A stretch of DNA of 57,913 nucleotides, the filler included, from Porpidia crustulata (Eukaryota), in NCBI GenBank assembly GCA_964255105.1. It is 6 parts of 6 records of this genome, joined end to end, with 100 filler letters (N's around TTAATTAATTAA, not from the genome) between each part and the next. Parts side by side here need not be neighbours in the genome. Positions count along the whole stretch, not along the records: positions 19,349 to 28,919 come from CAXUWE010000918.1; positions 29,020 to 38,588 come from CAXUWE010000919.1; 4 more parts are not named here. One strand, written 5' to 3'. Positions 23,274 through 35,425 of the stretch are shown here, piece by piece (the stretch's first letter is position 1; every line of letters begins with the position of its first letter). The notes under the pieces were generated by a model. The model was given only the letters and a program-made list of their open reading frames with translations, did no database searches and had not been told where the DNA came from. The translations under genes and the position numbers were made by a program.

Positions 23274-26200
23274 TTACTGAGGACGACGAGTTCTTGGACC
23301 ACTTCGTCCCATGCGCTTCTTCGTAGGCGTTTTTTTCGATGCATCCCCACCTCCTTCAATAAAACTCATAAGCTCATCAATGCTGCGGGAATCTAGTCCT
23401 CTGCTAAGCCGAGCGTCTCGGCCAGTAACCACATCTGCGGGTGATTGCCCAAATTGTGGGGGTGGCCTTGTACCTAATGTTACTCTGGGTGTGAGTAACA
23501 CTTTACGCATTCTTCGCGCCTGTATGTCCTTGGCATGTTTGGCGATAGACACGGCATTCTGGGTCAGCTGCTCGAGCCAGCTTTCTGACTCCTTTGTATT
23601 TCGGTCATCTGGCCCGAGCTTTGCCAGGAAGATGCTGTAGGCATCGCGCATACGGTTGACAGCGCCTTTCGGATCTTGATCCAATGCCAAAGCCTGCGCA
23701 AGCTGGAAAGAAAGAGTAGCAGTATTTACGGATTGCTTGCCAGAGACCTCCTCGCTGATAGCAAGGGACATTTCGAACCACAATCGCGATTCATGGTAGT
23801 ATTTCAAGTGCTGGAGCATTACCGCCGCGTTATTGATGGTAGTGATCGAATCTGGGTGATTGAGGCCGTATATTATTTTCCAGAGCTCGAGTGCGTGTCT
23901 CATGCACGATAATGCAACTGTTGTATTGCCGTTACCGTGCTCAAAGAGACCGAGGTTGAGATAACTTAGGATAGTCTCGTTCGAGTCTATGCCAAGCGTC
24001 CGTTCTGATATTATGACTGCCTTGTGAGCTAACTCAACGGCCGCGTTCTTCTCGTCAAGCTGATAATACAGCATAGCGAGCTGGTGATAGACTCTAGCAA
24101 CTTCGGGATGTAAGATGCCGTAGATTTGCTCATGTAAAGAGAGCGACTCAAGGAGAAGCTCTTGCCCAATCTCTTTCTGATTTTGCATCATCGACATCCG
24201 CCCGGCCTCCAAAGCCTCTTCGGCAAGAGCACTCTTAGCGCTTGCATCTTTGATTATAGGTACCAAATTGACTATGTCATCCGATGTGAAAGTGACTTGT
24301 GGCTCCAGCGTGACCGACTCGTTCAAGGAGCTTGGGGAATTGCGACCGCCATTCTTTCTTTTCTTCTTATGGCTTCCACAGTTCGTAACATGACCATTGG
24401 ATGCAGAATGGCCAACATCACCATTGGTTGACGGAGCAGACTCATCGTGTTCAGATGAGAACTCTTGGGCAAATCGATAATCCCTGGCGATGAGCTGTAG
24501 ACCCAGCTTTAACGCAATCTCACGTAACGTTTGTACACGTTTGATGCTAGCAACCCAATCTGCTTCGAGCACATATCTGTATCGAAGCTGCACTTGGGAC
24601 TCAATTTCGGACTGTAGCCTCTTTGGATCAAGTTTTGTAAAAGAGTAATTGGCATCTTTGTAAAAGAATTTGAGGTCTTCATCAAGCTCTGCGCGTGGTG
24701 CCTTATTTAGGCTTGCGCCTAATAAACAGTTGAGGAGATGGGCTAGACAAGCGGTCGCAAAAGCTGTGGGTAAGTCCTTCAAGTAATGATTCGCCAAGTG
24801 TTTGAATGCTCGTGCAACCATTTCCTGGGTAGCTAAGGCCGTTAGGGCACGTAGTCGAGAACCTTGCTCTTCAGCGAGAGTAGCAAGCTTGCCCAGATAC
24901 CGAATATTTATACCTCGCTTGTGCATCAGCCGACCCAGGGATTGGCCGTCCATAGGAAAGCCAACTTCTCCTTCCTTCAGATCTTGTACCTATAGTCATA
25001 TCTGTCAGTGAACGTTTTGGGCAATTATCGATATTCCGAAGCTCACTAATTCGGGTATGATATTTTGATGAAGATAATCGCAAACTGCTCTGACAGCTTG
25101 CTCGTCGTTGGCCCATTCCTTCTTCTCCTCCTCTGTCTGGGGTACCTGCCCACAACAGACATCCGGATTTAATGTTAATGAGAACGCGGAAATGTCGACA
25201 CGTTCATGATCCTTATCGGTCTCTGCCGACCCAGCTTCAGTGGCCGACAAAGCAATTTCTTGGCCGCTTCCAGTGCCAATAGGAGTTTCGGATGTTACTT
25301 TTTCACCCTTTTTGGAATTTTCATCGCTTTCAGAACTCTTCCTTCGCTTTTCGACCTCGTCCCGCACGTAATCACCCATTTTGAGCCTCCAATATGCTTC
25401 GATGAGCTCTGGTCTCATCACCGTCATACGATGAGGGTAATTGCGCTCTTTAGGTTTTGAAGCTTGATCATCCACATCCGTCCAATAAGCCTCGAGCCAT
25501 TGAATGTCAAGTGGTGTCAGCCTGTACAGGTCTAATATGTACTTCCGGCCATCGGTGCCCAGTAATCCTTTGGTTTCCACGCTACCTTCAAGGTCGTGCT
25601 TCTTTCCTTCCTTATCCCAAACTGAGTGTGGTTTGACTCTAAAAGCTTTAGAGACTTGCGAAAATGTAGGCACGAATGCAGTGTTCACTGCCACAACATC
25701 CCGACCTTCAACTCCACCATAGTCAACTTGGTGTTCTTCCGGCTCTCGTTGCTTGAATATGCCCGGCACTATGCTCTGCGCAACGAGGCGCTTGCCTAGA
25801 TAATCTACGATGATAGTGCCAGGCGTTGCCAATCCGGGAACATCGAGCTGGTTGACGGCTTTGACACCAATCACATCCTTTCCAACTGCCACACGGGCTG
25901 CTTCATCCCCGCCTTCCGAGGTGAAAGTGCCGACGCCGTCAGCACCAAAAGAGTAGAAAATGTTGTTGTAAACAAAAATTTGAGCATTCTTACTCTCGGT
26001 AGGGTTCAGGGGCGAAACCTCGCCACGTGCGACCATCACGGCTCCTCGAGCAGCTGCCTCATTAAACTCGGCGAACACCTTTGAAGTCAGACGTTCCCTA
26101 AAAACTCGATCTTGAACAGTCTCTCGAGGAAGCTCTCGAGTGGTCTGTATCTCTTCGTTCCAGTCTCGTAGGGTCTCCGTATTTTCTATACCAGACATGA

Positions 26201-27444
26201 GATAGGTCTCCTGCGTCCTGGTAGGATCCGGTTGGTGAGCACCGAGCGAGGAAGCTGCAGGAGCAACAAGCCAAGGACTAGAGGGTATGGCATTTGTAAG
26301 CTGGAAGTTTGCCAAAGGATCCCGCTTGTTGTTCTGTTCAATAAGAGCAGCGAATAAGCCATCAAACGACGGCGAAAGCATGGAGATCAAAGAAAGGAGA
26401 GAATGTGCCGAGGCATTCTTGGGAGGCGGTCGGGGGAATGGATCAAATCTACTGTTCGAAGATTTGTTCACGTAGAAACCAGAGACATGAGAGGTTATTT
26501 GATATTGTTCACCCTCGTTTGTGGTCAGCTGCAAGTAGAGGTGATGGCCTTTCTGCCGGAGATGGTGGGGGGGAGGATTCCATGCCGACGCAGTAATTGA
26601 CTTGATTGTTTTCGATAGCTGTTCTTGGATAGGGGGGAGAAGGGTGCGTATCGAAGCTGGGGCATCGAACTTGTAATCTGTTAGAGCATTGGAGGCACCC
26701 ACCTGCTTTGTATCGGCAGGTTTCTCTTTGGAGTGGGAGGCATCTTCGGGCTCTGTCCATGGCGACACCGTATCATGCAAAGATAACCCAGCAGAAATGC
26801 CATGGAGAGTGTCGACCCGGTTCCCAGCAGCCCCAATGATTTCTCGTACACGGACCATGTGCATTCGCGCCTCCTTCTCGTTGTACGGGTCTTCTATCAA
26901 GGTGAACACAGACCCAGCAGCAAGCCCCTCGACCTCTGACAGCTCGATGAAATCATTGATTCGTTGACCGTTGTGTTCGAGGTGGAAACAAGAATATTGA
27001 AAAGTGCTCGGCTTTTCGACTATAGATTGTCTCAGGTCTTGTACCTGCTCTTGGGTTGAGACCTAGTTGCGGGTGAGCCAATGCCTCGGGGAAACGGAAA
27101 AGGAGATAGCCACCATAATCTGAGTCTCATAGGGTTGATGAGGTAACTTGACCCGGACTGGGAAGACAGCTACAAGAGGGTAAGCCATTGATCATTACAA
27201 CCATATCCCAACTCACGATCCACGTTTTGCTCATCTTTGGTTCCACCTTGCGGGGACGTCCGTTTCCCCTCATCTTGAACAATATCTTTCTGCTCGGGCA
27301 GATTGGCTTTTTCGGGGTTTGAGGTATCTGCGTGATGAATTTTGAGTTAGATACCGTACTGAAGGATATACCTGTGCGTGTCAAATACGCATGCAAACAC
27401 AAGAGCTCACCGGGAGATATCAAGTCGCTATTTTGCTCTCCCAT
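23274..27444 (-). CDS. CLU1: Clustered mitochondria protein (CLU/TIF31); exons 27444-27411, 27327-27217, 27169-27114, 27062-25047, 24989-23274
   Basis: CLU_N (VKLPHQPYETQIM|VSTQEQVQDLRQSIVE), CLU domain (RDWNEEIQ, DYLGKRLVAQSIVPG, GTDGRKYILDLYR), central PMDGQSL..HKRGINIRYLG and C-terminal TPRs; introns are GT-AG and keep frame. Confidence 0.96.
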
Positions 27445-27992
27445 TATTAGAGTTCTTAGACACCAGAATGTATAGTACAATAGAGAAAAGAGAGGGTGTT
27501 TTGCAATTAGATATCTCAATTAAATGACAGACTAACAACTACACAGACTCGAATATGTTGAAATGATATTATTGTACAACGCAAAGGTAGGTAATTAAAA
27601 GACGAGGAGGCAGTAGTGAATGAACAAGCTCCAACTGAACTTATAAAAATCTCTCACTTCGTACTACTCAGAAAAAACAAACGCTAAAGAAGTTGGTGAC
27701 GTCCGGGACAATCCGGCCTAGACTTCCCTACGGCTTCCGGAGCAAGGGCCGACAGCGTGGGAAACCTTGACTGGGATTAGGGCGAATTGGCGGTATATCC
27801 CTGTCAGTCTTCTCTACTATCATCGCATTTGGACACATTGCAGATGCGGCAGTGGTAGTATCATTGAGAGCACAAGAACCTCACCAACAGCTTCTTCTTA
27901 TTCTTTTTATATTCATGGACATAGTCTTTCATCCTCATATTCCCATGTCTCCCATATAGAAAGAGTCACATTCAGGATTGTGGACAGCTCTC

Positions 27993-28919
27993 ATGGCCAG
28001 ACGAAAACAAGCAGCTCCGCTGCAGAGACAGCCCTCAGACTTTGATCAAGGACCGCCTGAATCACCTGGTCATGGTTGGAAACAATCGAATGGCAATTCG
28101 CCAAAGTCTGAAGCTGTGACAAGTAATGGCAATGCGAAGGCGCCATTGTCCAGAGCATCCCAGGAGCAAGCAGGTCTTAGCCAACTCGTCATCTGCATAG
28201 CGGGAATCTACGCTTCATTGTACGGACATCTTTCTCCCTGATCATGCCATTGACCTCCTGCTGATTGCCTTCAAGTCTCTCCTGGGCCCTCCTCCAAGAA
28301 CGAATAACGACCACCCCCTACGGCCCATCCGACTCACCCACCCGCTTTACCCACTCCATCTTCCTCAACACCATCCAATCCACCTTTGCCGCCCTGACCG
28401 GCTACCTATACCTCATCTTTTCCGTACCCACTTCGCAGAACACCCCTCCGATCTTCCCCTCAAAATCCATCCTCTTTCCCCTCATCCTCGTCGCCATCAC
28501 CTCCTCCCTCGCCTCCCCTTTCGGCTACGCCAGTCTGGCGCACATCGACTATATCACCTTCATCCTCGCCAAATCCTGCAAGCTCCTCCCGGTAATGTTC
28601 CTCCACCTGACCATCTTCCGCAAACGCTACCCCCTCTACAAATACCTCGTCGTCTTCCTCGTCACCGCCGGCGTCGCCGTCTTCACCCTCCACCACCCCT
28701 CGACGTCCAAAAAATCCGCCAGCTCGAGCGCCGTCAAGCAATCCTCGACGTGGGGCCTCTTCCTCCTCGGCATCAACCTCCTCCTCGACGGCCTCACAAA
28801 CAGCACCCAAGACCACATCTTCGCCTCGTACCGGCCCTACACCGGCCCCCAGATGATGGTCGCCCAAAACCTCCTCTCCACCCTTCTCACAGCCGCCTAC
28901 CTCCTGCTATCCCCCCTCC
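27993..28919 (+). CDS. HUT1: UDP-galactose transporter homolog (UAA/SLC35B1 family); exons 27993-28219, 28276-contig end; 3'-truncated
   Basis: ICIAGIYASF|LSWALLQERIT, SPFGYASLAHIDY, LAKSCKLLPVM, LDGLTNSTQD. Confidence 0.93.
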
Positions 28920-29019
28920 NNNNNNNNNNNNNNNNNNNNNNNNNNNNNNNNNNNNNNNNNNNNTTAATTAATTAANNNNNNNNNNNNNNNNNNNNNNNNN
29001 NNNNNNNNNNNNNNNNNNN
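28920..29019. other. Artificial contig spacer
   Basis: 44N-TTAATTAATTAA-44N. Confidence 0.98.
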
Positions 29020-29389
29020 ATGTGGGGATGATGATTAGGATTTGGTGGTTGGCAGGAGTTGCGAGGGACTGCTGGCGTGGAGTCTGGAGGTGGTTTGTGG
29101 GATTTGAGGGTGGTGTTGTGCTTTTTATGATCGTAGGATGTTGGATTACTAGTTATGAAAAGGTATTTAATAATAATGTATATTATTTTATAGAGAATTG
29201 TACGATTTAGTCGGTAATGTTGGTGTTTTTGAGTTGAGGTTAGGGGTAGCGTGGGGAATGGTAATTGGCTTTTGCGAAACCGGGGATAAAGGGCGCTTTG
29301 TAATGTAAGCTGACCAGAGTCCGACAAGCCTGGCAACCCAGCATTTTCTATACTTGGAGTTGGATCGAGAAAGATGAATATCTCATACC

Positions 29390-30926
29390 TCAGATCCACA
29401 TCACCTCCAAAATCACTCTCCCCACCCCATCTCCTTCCGTCTCCCACACGACTTTAACCTCTCCTCCCATCTCAGTCAACGTCGCCACAAAATCATCAAC
29501 CCCACCGCCGACACCAAAATACACTTTTTTCGCCGCGATCCAGGCCCTCGCCCTGCCACCCATCTCTTCTGCCGCTTGGAGCAGGCTCAGCAGAGTTTTC
29601 ACGAAAGGAAGGATACTCGAGGGTGAGTAGATGGTTTCGCTGGCTAAGATCAGGGTGTCACACGGTAGTCTCGGTTCTGCGGCAGATGGTGAATGCTGAG
29701 AGGGATATTGCTGCATTAGGAGGTCTGCGAGGGCGGGGCCCCAGCCACCGGAGACGGCGGAGATGTTGATGTGGAGGTTTTTCAACGATTCGGCGAATTG
29801 CTTTAATAGGCTTTGAGAAATTTCCAATTCGCCGGAGCTTGGGACTTCGAGGTTGGAACTAGTGGCCCAGCTGAGCAAAAGGTTAGGTATGGTGGAGAGT
29901 TGAAGGACTGAAGGATTGTAGTCCGTAACGGTCAACTGAATATTCCGAAATCTTTCGGGTTCGTTGTTGAACATGAGATGGCGAAAAAGCGAGAGCGATG
30001 GAAGGCCTGTGCCAGCACCAAGCTGATTAGTAAGTTCATTATTAACAATCCTTGAGAACATAGCTGCGCTATATCCATAAATGCGTAGCGAAACTTGAAC
30101 CAGGACTCAGGCATACCTCAATGATATGCAAATCTGCCGGTGCAAATGGTCTCTGAAGCTCCAAATCTTCGAGGAAATGAACATCATTGCTAGCAAGATC
30201 CAAAGAGCTTTCCCAAGTTTTAAACCCGCCTTCGTAAATGTTTGGCCTGATATCATCCGTGGAAAGACCCGCTGCTACGGACTGGTCTAAGCCGGTATCC
30301 TCAGCCATCAATTGAGCGCGGATGTCGAACAATTCGCGGCGGGGAATATATTGGACGTCATTGTGATCCTGATATTGTACCTGGCCGTAAGAGATGGTAT
30401 CAGGGAGATCTGATAGCTGGTGACATCAGCATCGACTCATAAAAGATGATACGAAGGTCTATGAGCGTGGAGTTGCTAGATATGCTAAAGAGCAAGATTG
30501 AATTCGTCACAGAAGAAGTCGTAAAAAGTATGAGATGTCAATATATATGGCAACATGTCTTTCAAAGTGGAGATGTAGAGCAAGTTTTTCAGAACGTCAT
30601 AAACAGGAGGGTCTAATTGAAAATGACAAGTCTCAGAAATATAAAATAATATTCGATTTGATACAGGGCGAGTACTACAGCATAATCTAGAGACTAAACT
30701 TCATTAATATCGTAATATCATTCTGAAATTGCAAGGAGTTGAACTTCTGGGAACAGGACATGACAATCAAGTATCGTACCAGTCCCTCGATTGAATGTAA
30801 GGTAGGGATCGCCAATTGATGTGACTCAGCTGGCGACTCTCTGTTCTCTCTAGCGGGTAAGTGGTCTTCAGCTCCATCATCCTCAATGTCTTCGTTGCTG
30901 AAACCGAATCCGAACGCTGGCGGCAT
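29390..30926 (-). CDS. HPM1: Protein-histidine N-methyltransferase (Hpm1/METTL18 family); exons 30926-30780, 30416-30117, 30022-29390
   Basis: FGFGFSNEDIE, PRRELFDIRAQLMAED, YEGGFKTWESSLDL, IE|LGAGTGLPSL (SAM motif I), ILASETIYS, AAKKVYFGVGGGV. Confidence 0.92.
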
Positions 30927-31139
30927 ATCAACGGGGACTGTGCTGATGCACTCGCTAGGTTGGGTCGGTCCTATTGTCCTGCTATAACACACAAACCCTC
31001 TGTCCCTTGAATTGAAGAGCTAGATCATGTGCTTTGTGTGATGGAGATATTCTTCAACTCTTCAGCTGAAATGGATCAGCTAATGGTTGGGGAAAAAAAT
31101 CCTCGTTTTACTGGTCATCGTGCCTTTTTGTGCTTACTC

Positions 31140-31359
31140 GTTCTCACCCCCTACGCGTATCTACCCCTCAGTCGAATACACTCCTCAATCGAACATGACA
31201 CCTAGGGTTAGGTCTCCACGCTTCTCAGGCCCTAACCTTAGGTACCCTGTTCGATTGAGGTAAATATACTAGTAACAGGCCACACTAATCAAAACTAGAA
31301 GGTATAACCCTAACCCTAAAATGTGCGGCCGGCTGAGTGGCCGGTTGAGGGGTGAGAAC
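31140..31359. mobile_element. Putative MITE-like / foldback element (220 bp) with 11-bp TIRs, an internal 30-bp hairpin and telomeric motifs
   Basis: GTTCTCACCCC (31140-31150) and GGGGTGAGAAC (31349-31359) are perfect inverted repeats. An internal inverted repeat spans 31183-31212 / 31231-31260 (26/30 match). TAACCCTAACCCTAA lies at 31305-31319. No clear target-site duplication. Confidence 0.5.
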
Positions 31360-32117
31360 ATTTACCATGTCATAGCCACATCGGGAAGTGCCACCAGAAG
31401 ATACAACTCGCAGTACGTGTCCTGCCCACGCTCCCAAATCCCCATGCTTCCATGATTCTGCTCAGTGTCAATGCATTTGGCCTTGGAGCTCCTACCCAGG
31501 GTTGTACATTACCACTTCCGCCGCTTGGATTCTGATCACTCCTCTTTGGGCACTGAACATGGCCCGTGTGTGCGTTCCGCTAATGCTCTCTTATCTTGAA
31601 ACTGGCCGTTCGTTCGCATACCATGTCTCGCCCTATGTTTCAAGCTCTTAAAGGGATGCTGAAACATTGTTTATGGCTGCCAGAGTGTCAAAGCTGTGTT
31701 CGAGACCCAGCACCGACCGCTAGAGCCAGTCTTGCGAAATCAGACCCTCCAATGCATTCCATGTAATGCCTCATCAGACCAGCTAAAAGCCTAGTCTCAC
31801 GGAGACTGCTACGTAGACAAGCGTGTGAGGTCCCTACAAGCACCAAACACCAAGTCTGCTTCAGCGCAAGAATGACTCAACCGTGACCAAGAGTAGAGAC
31901 AAGGCAATCCAGGCGCAAAAGTATGGCTCGTTCGCCTCTCGAAGCATCACACATCCTCATAGAACCTGTGAGTAAGGTATCATTTCAGCTGTCTGATGAT
32001 TCTACTATATTTATGTCCGATTACCTTTGCAATCTTAGTTCCAGTCCCTCAAGTCATAGCGTCTTGCACAATACTACCAGCAATATGATCGTATCTATTT
32101 ATCTCAAGTCCTTTAAC

Positions 32118-32842
32118 ATGAACCATCTCCTAAATGTATCATTCTTCTACTTGATAGTTTGCTTTCTCCCTTACCATAGTGCTGTGGTCGGTACCGGTAT
32201 TCCTCCTTCCAGCACAACCACTACTTTCAATGCAAGCGGACCAATGAACGTTCCTGTTGATGCTCTGGCCCGCTGTACAGACTCGACAGACTGGATTAGC
32301 CCCGCCTATGTACAAGAAGACTGCGAGACTGCTGTGAATAGCATCTTCGGCCATGACGTACAGCGGTATGGCGACATCAAGTTGGAATTCGTCGACCAAG
32401 GCGCTGCATTTTCCGGCAAGCTCCCTTTCATACAGACCCCTCGGGGCTATCGTTTTCGTTCATGCACCATGGCGATTGTAATGCTTCAACACTTTTCAAA
32501 CTCTCCTCCGGGGACGGTACCCGGAATGCGTCCTGGGCATTCATCAACGAGGGATATCTCGAATCTCCGTGAGGCTTCCACGGCTGCCGCTAATACACTC
32601 TATCGGTGTGTGCACACGCAGCGCCAGTTGGGATGGACAGAATTCGGTAAGAAATCCATGTCTTCCAAGTCATTTTACTGGTGTTTTGGTGACTGTTAGG
32701 TGCAGGGAATGAGAACAGCATTGGAATCTTCATCTGGGCGACGGGTTCGGTGATTGATGCTAGTATTCCCTACGATTATCCGATCGTTACTTTACCATTT
32801 CTTCCTCCATCTCCGCAAGGTACAAACGTTCCAACCGAATGA
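32118..32842 (+). CDS. Small secreted cysteine-containing protein; exons 32118-32646, 32700-32842
   Basis: Hydrophobic N-terminus (MNHLLNVSFFYLIVCFLPYHSAVVG) and four Cys in the predicted mature part (RCT, EDC, SCTMAIVM, RCV). Intron 32647-32699 gives GWTEF|GAGNENSIGIFIWATGS. Confidence 0.75.
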
Positions 32843-33440
32843 CAGAAGAGAGAATAGGAGAGGAGAGGAGTCAAGAATATGCATGCAGAGAGACTCAATC
32901 TGGTTGGGTAAGAGATTCTGAATTAGAACCGAGCAGCGTCTTACTCTCTTTCCATTGCTTTTGAGTTGTTCAGTCTGAGCCACTGGGTCTTTCCTGGCTA
33001 GATGACACGCGGAGGCTATATACTTCCACACCTTACCTTCCCACCTGTGCTGATAATCTATTGACATTCTTTGCTGGCCATTTGGTGATTCGATGTATGA
33101 CCTTATTAAGTAGCTCAGAGACAATATGATTGGCTCGGATATCTCGGAACGATCTTCAGGCTAATCCCTGTCTGGACGACTTCGAGATTCAGGGTCTCGA
33201 CTAATCTCGACTTTGGTTCCTGACATCGAATTTCAACCCCCAAATCCCAGAAGCCCATCTCGTTACTTTTCTGTTCACTTCATGTAAAATCCTTATTTTT
33301 TCTACCGCCTTTATCGCTTCTGATCCACGCGCTCTTCCCATTTCTACCTTCTCTTGGAAACAACAACTCAATATATAATTAATCAATCCAGAGTACAAGC
33401 GCATCTTCTCCGTGTTAGATCAACCGCCCTCGTATACAAT

Positions 33441-34223
33441 ATGCGCTCAACACTGTTCGCCATTGCTGCCTTTTCCACTATCATCCTCGCGCAAACATCT
33501 GCCGGTCCCAATCCTTTCAAAGTTCCCCAAGGGTTCTCACTTACAGCAGGTAAACCAACCACACTGCAATGGGACCCAACCACAGGAGGAACAGTCACCA
33601 TCCGATTGCGCGAGGGTGCCAACAGTAACCTGACTCCAGGTACTATCATTGGATGTAAGCCAAACTCGATATCTCTTCCCTAAGCCTGCTTAAATATGTC
33701 AAATACGAAGTTCACTAATCGGTCTGTAGCCAACATCCCCAATAATGGTGCTTTCACCTACACGCCCCCCGCTGATACTGTCCGCAACTCAGACTATGCC
33801 CTTGAAATCGTATCCGACTCCGACCCCACGAAGGTGAACTACACCCCGCAATTCGTCATCGAGTCTAGCAATACCGTCGCCTCGGTGTCTAGTTCTGGTA
33901 GCGCAAGCACAACTGCAAGCAGCAGCGGTACCTCATCTACCTCCGCCAGCAGCACCACCTCTGCCTCTACCACAACTTCTGGTAGTAGCAGCATGTCGAC
34001 GATGACATCAAGTACGACGACTGGTAGCTCCATTTCCACCGACTCAACAAGCATGACTAGTGGGACTTCGTCGAGTATGAGTCCAAGCTCGACGGGGTCA
34101 AGTACGGCGTCTGCTACGAGTGCATCGGCGACCAGTGCGCCGAAGAGTGGGGCGGTGGGGAAGAGCGTGACTGTAGGTGGGATAGTGATGGCCTTCGGGC
34201 TGGTAATGATGGGTGTATGGTAG
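33441..34223 (+). CDS. GPI-anchored Ser/Thr-rich cell-wall protein with Kre9/Knh1-like N-terminal domain; exons 33441-33654, 33730-34223
   Basis: Signal peptide, AGKPTTLQWDPTTGGTVTIRL, IPNNGAFTYTPP, NYTPQF, S/T stalk, hydrophobic C-terminal GPI signal after KSGA. Confidence 0.9.
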
Positions 34224-34643
34224 ATGCTATTATATTGGAGTTCTCTCATTCTTCATGTATAGTTTCGTTTTGGAAGAATTATTGGGAGGGAGCATCATAT
34301 CGGCTTGTACAGCCAAGGATATGGCGATGTATTAATTTGCAAATGTACTTTGTTCATCTACTCCGCCCTCTACTTGTACAACGTGCGACTTTATTGCCAC
34401 AGTGACTGTGCCTTCAGGGGGCGATAGCGTAGTCCACCCTGGACAACTATTCCAACTCCAGTAGATGCGGAGACAACAGACCGGAAACACCGCTTTAATG
34501 CCCCTTCCCATCCCACATGTCCAGAGCATTATGTAGACTGCGCAGATCTCCCTTCTCTTCCTGCCAATTTTCGAACCTTCCTCCCATAAAATCGAGCAGC
34601 TCCGCCTGCCACAGTCGTAATACCCTTCATGGTCCCGCCCACT

Positions 34644-35053
34644 TCATCTCTTGATCGGCTCGGCCACCCTCTCAACCGCCACATTTGGCGTATGCGGCGA
34701 CTGCACGGGTGCATCGGGGATCTCGACGTCCGAGAAGTCGTCTTGGCTGACAGCACGGATGGTCATTACATCTTCACACAATCGAGTATCATCAGCGTTT
34801 ATTTTTTCGAGCAACTTCTATAAAGAAATAGAAACCAAGGGACTCACAAACACCGATAGTGAAGGTAAGAAGACCAGCAAAGCCAATCATATTTTTGACA
34901 AGGTAGGGTTGACGGGCGCGGATCAGGGCGGCGGATGGCCGGTAGTGTTTGTCATAGTAAGAGGAGCGGGGGAGACTGTATAATTTGAGCAAGTGTATAG
35001 CTAATATATTTTGTGGGTCAGAAAGCTCACGGTAGGCGCTTATTTGCGGACAT
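34644..35053 (-). CDS. COA3: Cytochrome c oxidase assembly factor 3-like small protein; exons 35053-35031, 34975-34848, 34771-34644
   Basis: Spliced product MSANKRLP|LPRSSYYDKHYRPSAALIRARQPYLVKNMIGFAGLLTFTIGV|YVMTIRAVSQDDFSDVEIPDAP...; single transmembrane segment followed by the QDDFSDV motif. Confidence 0.82.
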
Positions 35054-35425
35054 TGTAGATCGACTTGGTGACCTATAAAGGTAACGCGAACACTACGTTT
35101 TGACAAAACTTAGATTCGAGGCTCTGCGATGATGTACGCTAGCGTATCATCGTCGGACGCTAGTATAATCCTTGTCAGGAAATCGATTAAGCTTTGTTTG
35201 ACTTCGCGATCTCTTCCGTTCAACACAACCCAGTTCTGTAGATTCCTCTCTTTTCTGGACCAGTGGCTAGAGGGTAGGCTGGTGTGACTTGTGTACTCAC
35301 AGGCTCTGACGTGAATGGTTGTATGAATCGCGCGATTCACGGCGGAAGCCGAGTTGTACGAAATAGAAGTGGTTGAACTAGGTTGACGCAGGTCACGCTT
35401 CAAATTTCAACTAGAATCATCCGAC

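Noticed and set aside
33839..34249. Antisense Val/Leu-rich ORF and similar shadow ORFs opposite real genes
   Set aside because: By-products of low-complexity or biased codon usage on the coding strand.
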